A stretch of DNA of 64,000 nucleotides from Okamejei kenojei. Lineage: Eukaryota. Made by a program: the position numbers and the translations under genes. Every line of letters begins with the position of its first letter. Positions within the stretch are counted from its first letter, which is position 1. The stretch is from positions 10,850,001 through 10,914,000 of the forward strand of contig CM069174.1 in assembly GCA_035221665.1 (NCBI GenBank). The letters run 5' to 3'. The notes under the pieces were generated by a model. The model was not told the origin of the DNA. It worked only from the letters and a program-made list of their open reading frames with translations, and made no database searches. This document shows positions 39,101 to 51,735 of this stretch, in pieces.

Positions 39101-40999
39101 TTCTCTTGTTCCACTGTATCTGCAGCAATTTTGCACCTTTTTTGGTCGAGTGTAATACACAGACTTGTTTTTATAAATGTGCTGAGATATTTGATTGTAA
39201 ATATTCAAACATGAAAGTGGTTTCAGCTGAAGAAATCTTGCCATACAAAGGATCTTGCTGTTATCCTTTAAAATCAGAGTATAGTTTTTAGTGTTATCTT
39301 GGGAGAATTGAAGGAAACTGGGATGTGCAGGGTGACTTGTGTTGTCTCTTCACACGTCCCCACTAGTTCCGCTTGCTCTGTTAAATAGCTCCTTGCAGGT
39401 AGATGAGAGAATGAAACCGAGTTTCCTTTCTCACAATTCCCTTTACAACCAAGTGTTTAACTCTTTTGAGGACAACGCCAGCTCTTCCAACTGATGTCTT
39501 CAAGCTCAACAGCTCTTTTCATGGCACTAATGGTACTACTTTTGCTTTGTTCCTTGTCCCCCCTCAATTGCCAGTAAACTTTATTCTATAATTCATTTTG
39601 TGTCAAGAGTTATCTTCGATGCATCTTGCAGAGGTTTCCTAATCACATTGTTCAGAGTGACATTTCTGATGTTTGGAATTTTGCAATAGCAAGCGGGTAC
39701 ATGTGAGTCTAAAAGCTTTATAAATGTAAAGGCTTGATTCAGAGCAAAAAGTACCAGTTATGTGAATCCAGCAGTATCTACTTAACAAGGTGTCGTCAGT
39801 CCCTCTCCCAGCTCTCTGCTTCCGGTGCACAGGAAGGTTTTTTTAAATCCACCCAGCCTTGCTCTTTTTGCAATATTTTACCAGTGCTATTCCCTCAGGA
39901 GCTTTTCTATTTGCTCTTTTCTCCCAACCCCCACCCAGCTCTCAGGCTATCAGAGGCCAACCTTTCAACCACTGCTTTAGTAACGACTTGCAAATTAGAA
40001 AGGAGGATCACCGAACAAGCAGCTGATCTATTATCAATAATTTTGCACCTGTCCAAACTGAATTTTCCCCTTTTCTCTCATAAAGGGTTGCGGAATTTGA
40101 TGGTTTGTGCCCACTTGGGCTGTACAGCACAGAAATAATCCGTTTGGCTCTCCACTTCTGCAGTAACTGTCGGTTGTTTCAAGCAGCAGGCTAGTTCACT
40201 AAGGTGATATTGTCTCTAAGCCTTGCTCTAACTGGTATGTGACTTCAAACTGTCTTCTGAACAGCTGCAAAAAGCTGAGATTTTCCACTATTTAATCATG
40301 GGTCAGAACTACATTGACTAATATTTGGCAGCTCTAAGTTAGCAGCAGGTGATGGTCAGTTTTGCAGTGACGTGGTTCAATGTTTTTCCAACAACTGTCA
40401 TTGCTGAAGTAAAAGTATAGTGAAGAAAGTAAGGGCATGAAAAGTTGTAAAGTTTTTTAAAATTCAATGTATCTGTCCTTGGAGCCTGGGTTGGGAAGGG
40501 TTAAACAGTTTATCCCTATTTTGCCACCAGAGCAGAATAAACAGTAATTAGAGTGGAATTCCTAAACGTGTTGTTGTTGGTTTATGGAGAACAGGTAGGG
40601 GTCTTCCTCCTCACATCTGTTCCATGTGGGAAAAGCTTGTCTTCAAACAGAGGGCGTCTTAAACAATTTGCATCTAAAGGGTGTGGGATCAAATCTTATA
40701 CTGTTCCCATCCCTGGGTTATTTGTGAAGATCTGAGAGTGGTAACAATTAATTTACTTAATTGAATGTGTTCCAAAATACATTCTTTCAACTTATAGGTG
40801 GTGATAGCGAATGCTAGTATATCTGAGCAGCTCGCGTTTCACATTTGATTATTCATTTTACCACTCAAACCATCACTCCTGAGGTACCAGTCCATGGGCC
40901 TTCTCCAGTACCTCACTCAGATGACCCATCTGTTGTTGATGGAGTATTTGATCATGAGGGTAATCTCACTGCAGGCAGAATAATAGATGTAGTAATAGA

Positions 41000-42230
41000 A
41001 AGGAACTGAAAATGCTGGTTTATACCAAAGAGAGAAAATGCTTGAGTAACTCAGCTGATCGGGCAGTTAGGTGACGTTTTGGGTCGGGACCCATCTTCAG
41101 ACTGATTGTAGTTGTGGGAGTGCACGGGAAAGGAAACGAACCAAGGTGGGGAAAAAACAGGACAAATTGGGGCCAGCAACAGATTACCTCAGGCATGATC
41201 GGCTGATTGTTGGCTGGATGAGGCCAAGAGGAATACATTATTGCAAACGAGCTGGTTAATGGACCTTGAGTAGAGGAAGGACAGGGGAGGGAGGTATTTG
41301 TAAAGGTTACATGAAATTAGAAAATTCAACGTTCATACCGTTGCAAGCTACCCAAGTGAGATATGAGGTGCTGCTCTTCCAATTTGCATGTGTCCTCACT
41401 CTGGCAATGCTGGAGACCCACGACAGGAAGGTCAGTGTGGGAATGGTAAGGAGAGTTAAAATGGTTAGCAACTGGGAGATGCACTTGGCTTTGCCAGACC
41501 GAGCATCAGCTTTCAGCGAAGCGGTCGCTGAGTCTATGCTTTGTCTCACCGATGTACAGGAAACATCAGGAACACACGTATGAGAACCTCGGTCCCACCA
41601 GGAAGGACTGCGGGGTCCCTGAATGGAGTTGAGGGTGGAAGTGTGAGGACAGGTGTTGCATCTCCTGCGATTGCTGGGGAAGGTACCTGGGGAGGGGGTG
41701 GAATGGGATGAGGGAACCAAGGAGTTGCAGAGGGAGCGGAAAGGTGTGGAGATGGGAAGATGTGATTTGTGGTGGGATCACATTGGAGGTTACGGAAATG
41801 TTGGAGGATGGTGTGTTAGATGCGGAAACTGGTGAGTTGAAAGATGAGGACCAGGAGAATTGTCCTTGTGTGGGGAATTGGTAGGTTTGTAGTAGACATC
41901 GGGTAATAGTCTATCTCCTGTGATGGAGACAGAGAGATGAAGAAAGGGGAGAGAGGTGTCCGAGATTAGTCCAGGTGAATTTGAGGGCAGGATGGAAGTT
42001 AGTGATGAGGTTCATGAATTCTATGCTGATGCAGGAAGCAGTCGTCAATGTAGCTGAGAAAGTTGAGGGAGAGGGCCAGTGTATGCCTGGAACAAGGATT
42101 GTTTGACGTACTCAACAAAAAGGCAGGGATAGCTGGGGCCAATGTGGGGGCCCATGGCTACACCTGTTAACGGAGATAATGGGAGGAGTCAAAAGAGATG
42201 TTGTTGAGAGCGAGGACAAGTTTATAAGAG
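41000..42230 (-). mobile_element. Decayed Penelope-like element: RT, GIY-YIG endonuclease and 3' pseudo-LTR with hammerhead motif
   Basis: Minus-strand remnants GVAMG..GPSYPCLFV, YIDD, CNTCP, LYIGETKHRLSDRFAE, GMNVEFSNF*, followed by the short repeat family terminus at 41000-41105. Confidence 0.8.
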
Positions 42231-42239
42231 GGTAGTGTT

Positions 42240-42535
42240 GAAGAAGGAACTGCAGATGCTGGAGAATCGAGGGTTACACAAAAAGCTGGAGAAACTCAGC
42301 GGGTGCAGCAGCATCTAAGGAGCGAAGGAGATAGGCGACGTTTCGGGTCGAGACCCTTCTTCAGACTGGTCAGGGATCAGGGAAACGAGAGATATAGACG
42401 GTGATGTGGAGAGATAAGGAACAATGAATGAAAGATATGCAAAAAAGTATCGATGATAAAGGGAACAAGCCATTGTAAGCTGTTTGTGGTGTGAAAATGA
42501 GAAGCTAGTGCGACTAGGGTGGGGGAGGGAGATAG
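42240..42535 (-). mobile_element. Longer, young copy of the short Penelope-derived element
   Basis: Family terminus plus ~170 bp body; possible AGAGGGTAG duplication at the flanks. Confidence 0.75.
42334..42367 (-). ncRNA. Minimal type I hammerhead ribozyme motif
   Basis: Minus strand AGU-CUGAAGA-A-GGGUC(UC)GACCC-GAAA-CG-UC: full conserved core, stem II, palindromic ACGU in place of stem III. Stem I is very short. Activity untested. Confidence 0.6.
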
Positions 42536-43511
42536 AGGGTAGATGTAGTCGGCAGCCACAGTGAGGTTTGGTATATTCAGAGACGCTGTTACGATTATGG
42601 TACCACTGTTGTAATCAGTCTTACTGCGGAATACGAGCTGTTCAACATGAGTCAGCAAACTTGCTGGCAAACCTCAGTTTGAAATTTTCTTTGCCATACA
42701 GATCAAGTCGCTACGTTAGTCTCTATTAAGCTGCTTGCTTTTATTCAGAACCAGAGTTGCACGGAGCAACAGTGAGGAAAGAGAATCAAATAGGTTCCTG
42801 CTCCTAACCACTGTTTGGCCGCCCCTCTTGAAAGTTGTGCAAGCTTGTCCAGTAGGCTTGCTCGTGGAAAATTGGTAGTTGTTTGAGAGCTCCATTGCCA
42901 CTTTCTGAGCTGTCATAGATAGTGCCTCCTGGGGAGATGAGCTATTTTATAATTGAAAAGAAAATGAGTTACAAAGTGAAAGGCTGCACCAGGAACAACC
43001 TCGCTGTTGAACCTTGCAGGTGGTGTCCATTGATTTATAGCCTTCCCTCTTCAACTCTATGAAGCTCGAGTGCTGTTGCGTGACTTTGAGTGCCAATAAA
43101 AGTTTGCTTCCTCCTACTTCAATGTCTTTAGATTTCCAGAAGTATTTGAGGAAGGGATAGAAGGGTAGCAAAAGTTCCAAAATGAGCTCATAAAAACTCT
43201 ATGCCTGAGGCAGTGAAAGACCAGGTATGCAACGCTGCTGTATTGTTTCAGTTGAGATTTATAGCACAGTGAAGGTGGCTTGTCCTGAGGACACTGAGTC
43301 GGAAGGATGCGAGAGCTAAACTTTGGCATTTTTGTTAATGCAATTTGGGGGATGGGTATTGAATGGAAAAACTGCTCCTCTAGTGTCTCCAAATAAAACC
43401 AACCTAATTTTCTACTCCTTGTAATGGTTTCTGGAGTGTTGAGATTGTACTAATACAGAAATAACAGGAAACAACTCAGCCATTGGCTTGCAGGAGATGA
43501 ATCCTATTCAG

Positions 43512-43642
43512 AGGGGTCTGAAGAAGGGTTTCAACCCGAAACGTTGCCTATCTCCTTCGCTCCATAGATGCTGCTGCACCCGTTGAGTTTTTCCAGCATT
43601 TTGTGTACCCTCGATTTTCCAGCATCTGCAGTTCCTTCTTTA
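43512..43642 (+). mobile_element. Short element with intact hammerhead motif (43518-43545)
   Basis: CUGAAGA-A-GGGUU(UC)AACCC-GAAACGUU; flanks AATCCTATTC / AATCCTACTC resemble a TSD. Confidence 0.75.
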
Positions 43643-43676
43643 GCAATCCTACTCCCTTACTTCCTTGATGTATTAT

Positions 43677-43835
43677 CTCCCCCTCTCTTTCCCCTCCCCC
43701 TCTCTTTCCCCTCCCCCTCTCTTTCCCCTCCCCCCTCTCTTTCCCCTCCCCCCTCTCTTTCCCCTCCCCCCTTCTCTTTCCCCCCCCCCCCTCTCTTTCC
43801 TTTCCCTCCCCCCCCCCCCCCCCCCCCCCTCTCTC
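43677..43835. repeat. Polypyrimidine tract with ~20-bp units (TTTCCCCTCCCCCTCTC) and poly-C
   Basis: Directly visible. Confidence 0.9.
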
Positions 43836-43874
43836 TGTTCCGTTTGCCATTAATCTTTGTTCAGGGTAACTGGC

Positions 43875-44030
43875 CATCGTACATCTTTGGGGATGTGGGA
43901 AGAAACTGGAGGATCCAGAAGACACCCACACACACATGGAGATAATGTGCAGACAGCACCTGAGGTTGGATCAGACCCACGTTCCCGGAGCAGCTGACAA
44001 CAGCACTAACTGCTGTGCCACCATGCAGCC
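43875..44030 (-). mobile_element. Degenerate tRNA-SINE head
   Basis: Minus strand has an A-box-like ATGGTGGCACAGCAGTTAG and a core similar to the 58.9 kb SINE. Confidence 0.55.
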
Positions 44031-44505
44031 CTTAATTTTATTATTATAAGCTGTTTTTCTCTGAGATTTTGCTTGTTTTCACATTCCTCACAAACTTCAG
44101 ATTGCTACATAGCATGTGTTATGGCGCATTGGCTTAAAGTTGCCTTGTCAATCATTTAATAGTTTAATTTGCACTACACCACAAAATTAGATTAGAATTT
44201 CCTGATGTGTCAAACAGTTGAATCAAAAAGATTAATCTGCTTGTCACCATGCTGGAACCAGTACAGGAATGTGCGTCAGTTGACCAAGTTACTTGTGGAG
44301 AGACATAAGGTGGAGACTGAAAAATGAGAGAAAACCGTCAAAGGGTTGGTCCGCTGAAATGCTTCATTAATGGAAATTTGGTGGGAGGTGAATTTCAATG
44401 ATGGGTTATAGCTGGTTCTGCACCCACTAAGGAACCAATTGAGATTGCCTCAAGTTATTTCACTTGTAGGAAGTAGATTTTGAATACATAAACTGATCCC
44501 AGATA

Positions 44506-44601
44506 CAAGTCTGAAGAAGGGTCTCGACCCAACCCGACCCATTCCTCTCTTCAAAGATGCTGCCTGTCCCGCTGAGTTACTCCAGCATTTTGTGTCTATC
44601 T
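44506..44601 (+). mobile_element. Short element (GAAA lost)
   Basis: Family sequence flanked by CCAGATA repeats. Confidence 0.65.
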
Positions 44602-47600
44602 CCAGATATTCTAATGTTCTGTGATCTCCAGTGACATTTTACTTGGCCGTAGGTCTTCTGTGCACATTGACCTTTCATATCACATTGTCTCTAAAAGATC
44701 CATGTTTTTGGTTCACCTTTAGAATGCAAAATCAACACTCTTCAGTATAAATGTTTTTATTGCTCTTCAAAGATGTACTCCAAACAACCACAAACTAAAG
44801 GAAAAATCAAAACAACATTTCAACAGTTGACAGAAAAAACATTTTCTTTCTGCAACACATTTAGGTTTCAAAGATACTTCAACTTATAAAATAAGCCCTA
44901 ATTTTACCTGTGTAAATATTTCTTTGTACTGAGAACAAAATTGGACAGATTTAAACGTAATATTTTACACAATATGAACAGAACTAATTCAAGCAACTAT
45001 ATTAAAACTTCAGGTTATACAATATTGTATCTGTAATGCTTACACAACATATTTAGCGCTCATTTAATTTTATCCTCTGAGCAGATTTGTGAAGATTATT
45101 GGTGTGCCATTTTATAATGGTTACAATGAGTTGCCTCCCCTTCAAAAACTAGGTAGCTGTTTGAAATCTGAATAGTGCCTCTCGGCTGCTTTCTGGATAC
45201 ACAATGCCAATGTTGCTCAATACTCTGCTGAACCGTTTTGTTTTGTTCTTTATGGTAGTCCTTGGCCGAACAGCCTGCAGGCTAGCTCTGTGATTTCCCC
45301 CCCCCCCCCCCCCCTGTCCTCAATCCCATTCTATCAACCAAAACATTTATCATCTACAATAACACATTAACTTAATGTGTGCAGTCAAATGGCAATTGAG
45401 CATTTGTAAGATTTAACATCCGTACAATGAACTGTTTTAGCTTGGCCTCAGAGGTTGGCCAACATTGATCTTTAATGGTGATTGTGCTCATGTTGGAAAT
45501 TTGCCAGATTAGCCATTACGCTTCAATGTTCCAATTTTTTTGTTTCCATTAACCCGACCCTACATAGCTAAAAGCACTCACCTGGGTTCAACAGCATCCC
45601 TACTTGCAAACGTTGGTTTCATAAACCACTGCACACTATAATTTCACAAAACCTCAGTGTGATTATGTATTGTATTATTAAAGTTCCTATTTTAATATAC
45701 TTACAAAGTTATACTTGTGAATGTATAATAAACAAGGCCTTATTAACCCCTTATATTTCAGTTTAGTGGTAAAATAACTTTTCCTGAAAAGCTGTGTAAT
45801 ATTAAGATTGTTTTGGTACTTTAAACCATATTGCACTGGAGAGCTGAATGGGCATATGATTCTATTTATATCGAACTCTAGGACTCTCTAACAACGGTAG
45901 TGAATGTGGTTCACTTCTGGAAGTGAAGTTCTTGTAGCGTGCCACTTTCCCCACTGGTACAACAATACAAAATAGGTAAAAGCTGGTATTAACTCGAATT
46001 TGATTTACACATAGTCGCACTTTGAACTTGTACCATGAGTTGTGCCCAATAGGGGTGTGATGCAGTGTGTAATAAACATCCTCTCATTTCTTTGACTTTC
46101 CACAGTGCAACAGTTACCATTTCCAAAATCGAATCTGAACAAGCTTTCGTGCATTCAGAAATCTTTTCCTGAACCATGTTCAATGGCATGGCACTTCTGT
46201 TGCAGCACTGCTCTCCCAGGTACTTTCAGGTTACTTTTAGACTGAATTAATGATGATCTGTGTGCAGGTGGGGAAGGAAGCAACCAAATCTGCAATAGGG
46301 TAGAATTAGGAGCAAACATGGGAAATACGGTGATGCCAGCCACTGTTCTATCTTGAGGTTGTTGGAACCTAATGAAATAAAGGAGGACATTGTTTCCTTT
46401 AATTCAACGAGGAACCCTTAAACTTGAGAAACATTAAGATGAAGGTGATTCTAAAATATTTAACTATAATAATCTTTTGAGCTACTCCCTCTCATACAGC
46501 ATTCTACATTTGCAATAACTGTGACAAAAAAAGATTTGATACATAACCATCAAATCCTATGCACAGGACTTGAAAAATAATGTTAATTTACGAGTTCTTT
46601 ATAAGGGCCAGTTAAAATTGGACTGCACCCAAGCAAACATACTGCACTTCCCAAAACCTGTCTGTTTGGATCTCGCAGTGCTTTTTACAGAAGGATCCTA
46701 CCTTGTACAGCAAGGGCAATCTAGATTTTCCACCCTATTTAGATTTAATCCTGGGCAGAATCAATTTGTTGTGAATGTTTTAGGCAGATGAGGGGGCAGT
46801 TGGTCTTGCTTATATCTTGAGCACATTGCCTGAGATTTTTATTTTAAACACCACTCCATATCTCACCCCCATCCCCCACCACAGCCAAAGGGAATGATGC
46901 ACAGAATTGGTTAAAATCGGCCAAGACCTGGAAATGGTACTGGTTAGTTTTTTTTTTGGGGGGGGGGGGGAGCACCAGCAGCCATTAAGGGGACATACGT
47001 TTCCTACCCTGCACCCACATTTAAAATTGGGTCCACTGTCTCAGTAGATTGTGCCTGAAAATGTCCATGGTTGCAACAAATGTCCTCACTTTATAATCAT
47101 TAGAAATGGGTTCTGTTTATAACCGATGTGAGCATCGTTTTCCTTTAATCTATTTTCAAAGATGAATAAATACACAGTCCTCCTGTGAGGGGAGCAGTCA
47201 CTGTACAGGGCCAAATCATTTGATAGTCATCCAGTATGAGGTGACCTGTAAGTAATTCCTTTGTCGCATTGTATACCTGAGATTGAATCCACTCAATAAG
47301 GCCAGTAATGTCTACAATAATAAGTAACTGGTCTCAGTGATATATTTTAATTAGAATCCCACCAGTCTTCAATGTTTCTCAGTGAAATTAATGCTGATTT
47401 ATATATTTTTAAATGCAGGAAATACTGGCAGCATCTGCAGAGGGAGAAACGGTGTTACATTTCACATTGTCGATGACCTTTAATCAGAGCTAGGAAGATT
47501 TTAAAATTCAAACCTATTTTACATGGCAGACGGAGAGACCAAGAGACACAGGAAGACACATGTGGTAGGGGTGCCAACTGAGAGAGGGTTGTGAAGGCTT

Positions 47601-48089
47601 TTGTCCATCGATCCATAAGGAGGAGGTGGAAATGGGACGGTGAGTGAGGTAGGAGGAGAGAAATACCCAATTCTGGAACAGTGAGATACAGAATACTGCA
47701 GGTGCTGGAAATCTGAAATAAAGGAGAGTGTTGGAGATACTCAGCAAGTTGGTTAGCTTCTGTAACGAGAGACATAGAGTTGACGTTACAGGTTGATTGG
47801 GTTTCATTGGAACTGCCCAGCCTTTCCTGCTGTCCAAAATTGTTGTACTCAGTGGAGTTGTGATGGCTGTCATGCGCCCAGATGGGTAATTAAATGCTGG
47901 TCCTTGAGCTAATACTGAGCTTTGTTGGAATAGTGTAAGATGCGAAAGACAGAGATCAGAGTGAGAGGGGATGCGGAATTAAAGTGACAGGCAATTGGAA
48001 AACCCAGGGCAACCCCTGTGAACTCAGAGCTATAGTGCAAAGTGGTCACCCAACCTGGGCCTGGATCCTTAAGTGGGGACAGCATTCTC

Positions 48090-48325
48090 ATAGAGTCAAA
48101 CAGCACGGAAATAGGCCCTTCAGTCCAACTCATTCATGCCAACCAGGATGCCCCATCTACGGTAGTCTCATTTGCCTGCGTTTGGCCCACATCCAAACCA
48201 ATCCTGTCCATGTACCTGTCAAGTGTCTTTTAAATACTGTTATAGTAGCTGCTTCAACTACCTCCTCTGGCAACTCATTCCATATACTCATCACCCTCTG
48301 TGAAAAAGTTGTCCCCTCTCACCTT
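48090..48325 (-). mobile_element. CR1 3' tail
   Basis: Similar to 20440-20640. Confidence 0.65.
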
Positions 48326-49399
48326 AAAGTGAGCACTGAATGCAACACACTAAATGTTTTCCCATCAACTGTAATGTTTTGTATGTCACAGCTCCGGAAT
48401 ATTTGTTGTATTCATCTCCTGTTTATCTTCTGCAGACAGGTCAGCTCTGATATGCCTTTCCCATCCTGGCTCAGGTAACACCACCACCTCTTGATTAACT
48501 CAGTCTCTTGGTCCCCACCTTGTCACAGACACATCCATTGTAACATCTGCCCCTTCCCTGCAACATAAAACATGTTTGATTACTTTTTTAACTTTTCCTA
48601 TTTCTGATGCAAGGCCATTGACCTGAAATGTTAGCCGTTTCTTTTCACACATGCTGCCTGACCGATTGGTAACATTTTCTGATTTTATTTTAGATTTGCA
48701 GGATCTGCAGTAGTTTTGGAATAATGCAGCACTGGAAGAAGTGATTCAGCCTGGCATGGCCCGTTAGAAAGAGCTGGTTTCACTCCATCCCCTTCGCACT
48801 ACGTTTGTTTTATATCCCTTTCAAAATAGGGACCTATTTCCCTTTTGAGAATTCCTATTTAAACTGCTTCCACTGCCCTTTTAGACTGTGTTCCGGATTA
48901 TAATTTTCCACCTTCTCGTGTCTTCTGATTACTGACCCTCTTGTCCATGTAGTTTCGCCAGATCAAATCTACTAAACCCTCTTAATTTTTCCCAGTTGTC
49001 TTGATGGGCATTTAAAATAACTGAGGTCACTTAAGGCTTTTTGTAAAAAAAATAAAATAAAAGTGGACCTATTATTTTTGCTGCCAACTTTTTTTCCTGT
49101 CCCTCTGTTTGGGTTCCCTCTGCTCCAGCATACAAAGCAGAAAGTGAGCTGGCAAACTCCTCAAATCCCACTGCCAGTTCTGTTTTTTTGATTGCTAGAC
49201 ATAAATGGGTGACAACAATCCAAGTTGGTTCCTCCAGGGTTGTTTGTGTTGTGATAAATGGTTGCTTTTTGCTGTATTGTCCCTTTTACTGACAGTTTCC
49301 ATTTGTACAGTGCCTCTTAATCTAGCCAAACGCTCCAAAACTGGAGCAGGTGACCAAATGTTTAGTTAAGAGTTGAGTTTTGAGGAGTGATTTCAGGAT

Positions 49400-49410
49400 T
49401 GAGAGAGAGT

Positions 49411-49458
<48 letters not shown>
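49400..49458. repeat. (GA)n microsatellite
   Basis: Directly visible. Confidence 0.95.
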
Positions 49459-49459
<1 letters not shown>

Positions 49460-50646
49460 CAGGGAGTTTAAGTGAGGAATTTCATCGCTTGGGAATTCCA
49501 AGTAGCTGAAGGCACCTCGGCTAATGGTAGATCGAATAAAATCAGGGTAGGGCAGAATCGATTCTTAGAGGAACTAATAAAAATCACAGTAACTATTGAT
49601 TGAAAAGCAAGCTGATGCTTACTGGCACAATAAGCTGATTTAATATGTGCAGACTGTTGTGTTTCTCCAAGCTTCTCATTAATATTCCACCATTTGTATC
49701 ACAGCCCAAAAATGACGGTCATGAAATGTGCCACAATTTACTGCAATCTAACTTGCTTAAAGATTCTTTTGATCTTTGCAGTTTGGTGATATTGCCTGTG
49801 CCTTGACGCAGCTGTTTATTAGGTTGCAATATCTGTCAGCACTTTCTCCATCCATTCATGCCACTAATTGCTGATCAGCAGGTTCATGAAGTGGCTTTTG
49901 CAGCATAGCGCGCATATTAAAAAGAGATCCTCATGAATATTGATCACCCAAGGAAGCATTCTGCTGCTCAATAAGGAATTCCTGCCTCCACCACCCGGAA
50001 TGTTTTAAAGTGCCAGTCTTGGCACAAGTTGCAAGAGCCCGATGGGCCTTCTGCCCACCAGGATGTGGGATGGCGTGGATGACAACCAAAGGCTTGATCT
50101 TTTGACTTCATTGATAATTAGAGTACAGTGATGTGATGGAACTAAAGGGTGAGGCAACCAATCTTGCTCAGTGCTCTGTATCTTCCCCAATCTCCCACTT
50201 GGTACCCCTACATGTTATCTCCCCATTCCACCCCTCCTCCCCCCCCCCTTTCCCCATTGTGATCAATTAAGTCTTCGCTCCAACAAAGTGCAGGTTGTAA
50301 ATGATTTGCGCTTGGTGTTTGCAAGGAGCCCCTTCAGCCCCTCTCCAGTCTGTTACATGGGGATAATAGGAGGCCACTTTCAAGGCTATTTCAACAATCT
50401 GCTTTCTACGTTTCTGCAGCCTTTGAAACATTTACTTAACAACCTGTTTTAAAAAAATATATTTTTGTTTGACATCTAGCCACAACAGCAAAAGTTCCAG
50501 ATTTCCTCTATCTTTAAATTATCTGGATATAATTTTAATATTGTGGTTCCCGCCGGGGGAATAGTTTTCTCTCTACCCAGTCAACTCCCTTCATCTCAAT
50601 TGGATCACTCTTAATCTATACTCATGGTAACATGTGCCTTTAATTT

Positions 50647-50862
50647 GTTTAAGAAGGAACTGCAGATGCTGGAAAATCGAAGGTAGACAAATGCTGGAGA
50701 AACTCAGCGGGTGAGGCATCATATATGGAGCGAAGGAAATAGGCAACGTTTCGGGTCGAAACCCGTCTTCAGAAGGAGGGTCTCGACCTGAAACGTTGCC
50801 CATTTCTTTTGCTCCATAGATGCTGCCTCACCCGCTGAATTTCTCCAGCATTTTTGTCTACC
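50647..50862. mobile_element. Inverted dimer of the short element with 14-bp TSD
   Basis: TGTGCCTTTAATTT at 50633-50646 and 50863-50876; minus-strand core CUGAAGA-C-GGGU(UUCG)ACCC-GAAACGUU intact. Confidence 0.85.
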
Positions 50863-51239
50863 TGTGCCTTTAATTTAACCAGTTAACTTCTGCATGTTGA
50901 CTTTTTTTAGACAGATGCACTTAGGGAGCACAGTGCATACTTAGTACAGACTTTAGCAGAATCAAATTTGTCTCTCAAATTTAAATGAAGGTTTCAGAGT
51001 GGGCCAGAGTATTTCCATGGCAATAGCGATACAGCCATCGATTATAGCAGCAAGAATGAATCAGCAAATGCACCCGCACTTCCCTCTGTGACATTGTGAT
51101 CTTTCACTGATCATGGTGCAAACTTATTGATATTTTTATCATTTGGCTTTGTGGAAAGGGATGAACTGTGGCAGCGACGAGGTCTATGGAACGTTAGGCT
51201 TTATAAACAGAAGCAGAGTGTACCGAAAAAAAAACTAAA

Positions 51240-51735
51240 ATACGAGACACAAAGTGCAGGAGGAACTATGTGGGTCAGACGGCATCTGTGGAGGGAAATG
51301 GGCAGATGGTGTTTTGGATATGGGCCCTTCTTCAGACTGATGTAGTGGGAGAAAGCTGCAATAGAGAGTTGGGACAAAGCCTGGCAAGTGATCGGTGGGA
51401 ACAGGTGAGAGGGGAATTTTTCTATCACAGGTGGATGGAGTAAGTGACAAAGGCTCGGTGCGCAATGGATGCAAAAGGTTGTCATGTTTGGAGAAGAGAA
51501 GGACACTCGTGTCTCCTTATCACCTTTAGCTTTTGTCACTCCATCCAGCAGAAATCACCTCCCATCCTCTGTATACACCTATCATTTGCATGGCAATGTC
51601 TCACCCACCGCTCTTTCCAGCTTTCTCCCCCTACTGCAATCGGTCTGATAAAGGATACCAAACCTAAACTCTCATCTGTCCATTTCACTCCACAGACGTT
51701 GAGATCTTACAACACTTTCAAGATTTCAGCACCTA
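51240..51735. mobile_element. Older, longer inverted dimer of the same family
   Basis: Arms at 51240-51500 and 51515-51735 are degenerate reverse complements. Confidence 0.6.

Noticed and set aside
43548-43945. Pro-rich and Gly/Glu-rich ORFs
   Set aside because: Translations of a polypyrimidine simple repeat plus a TE.
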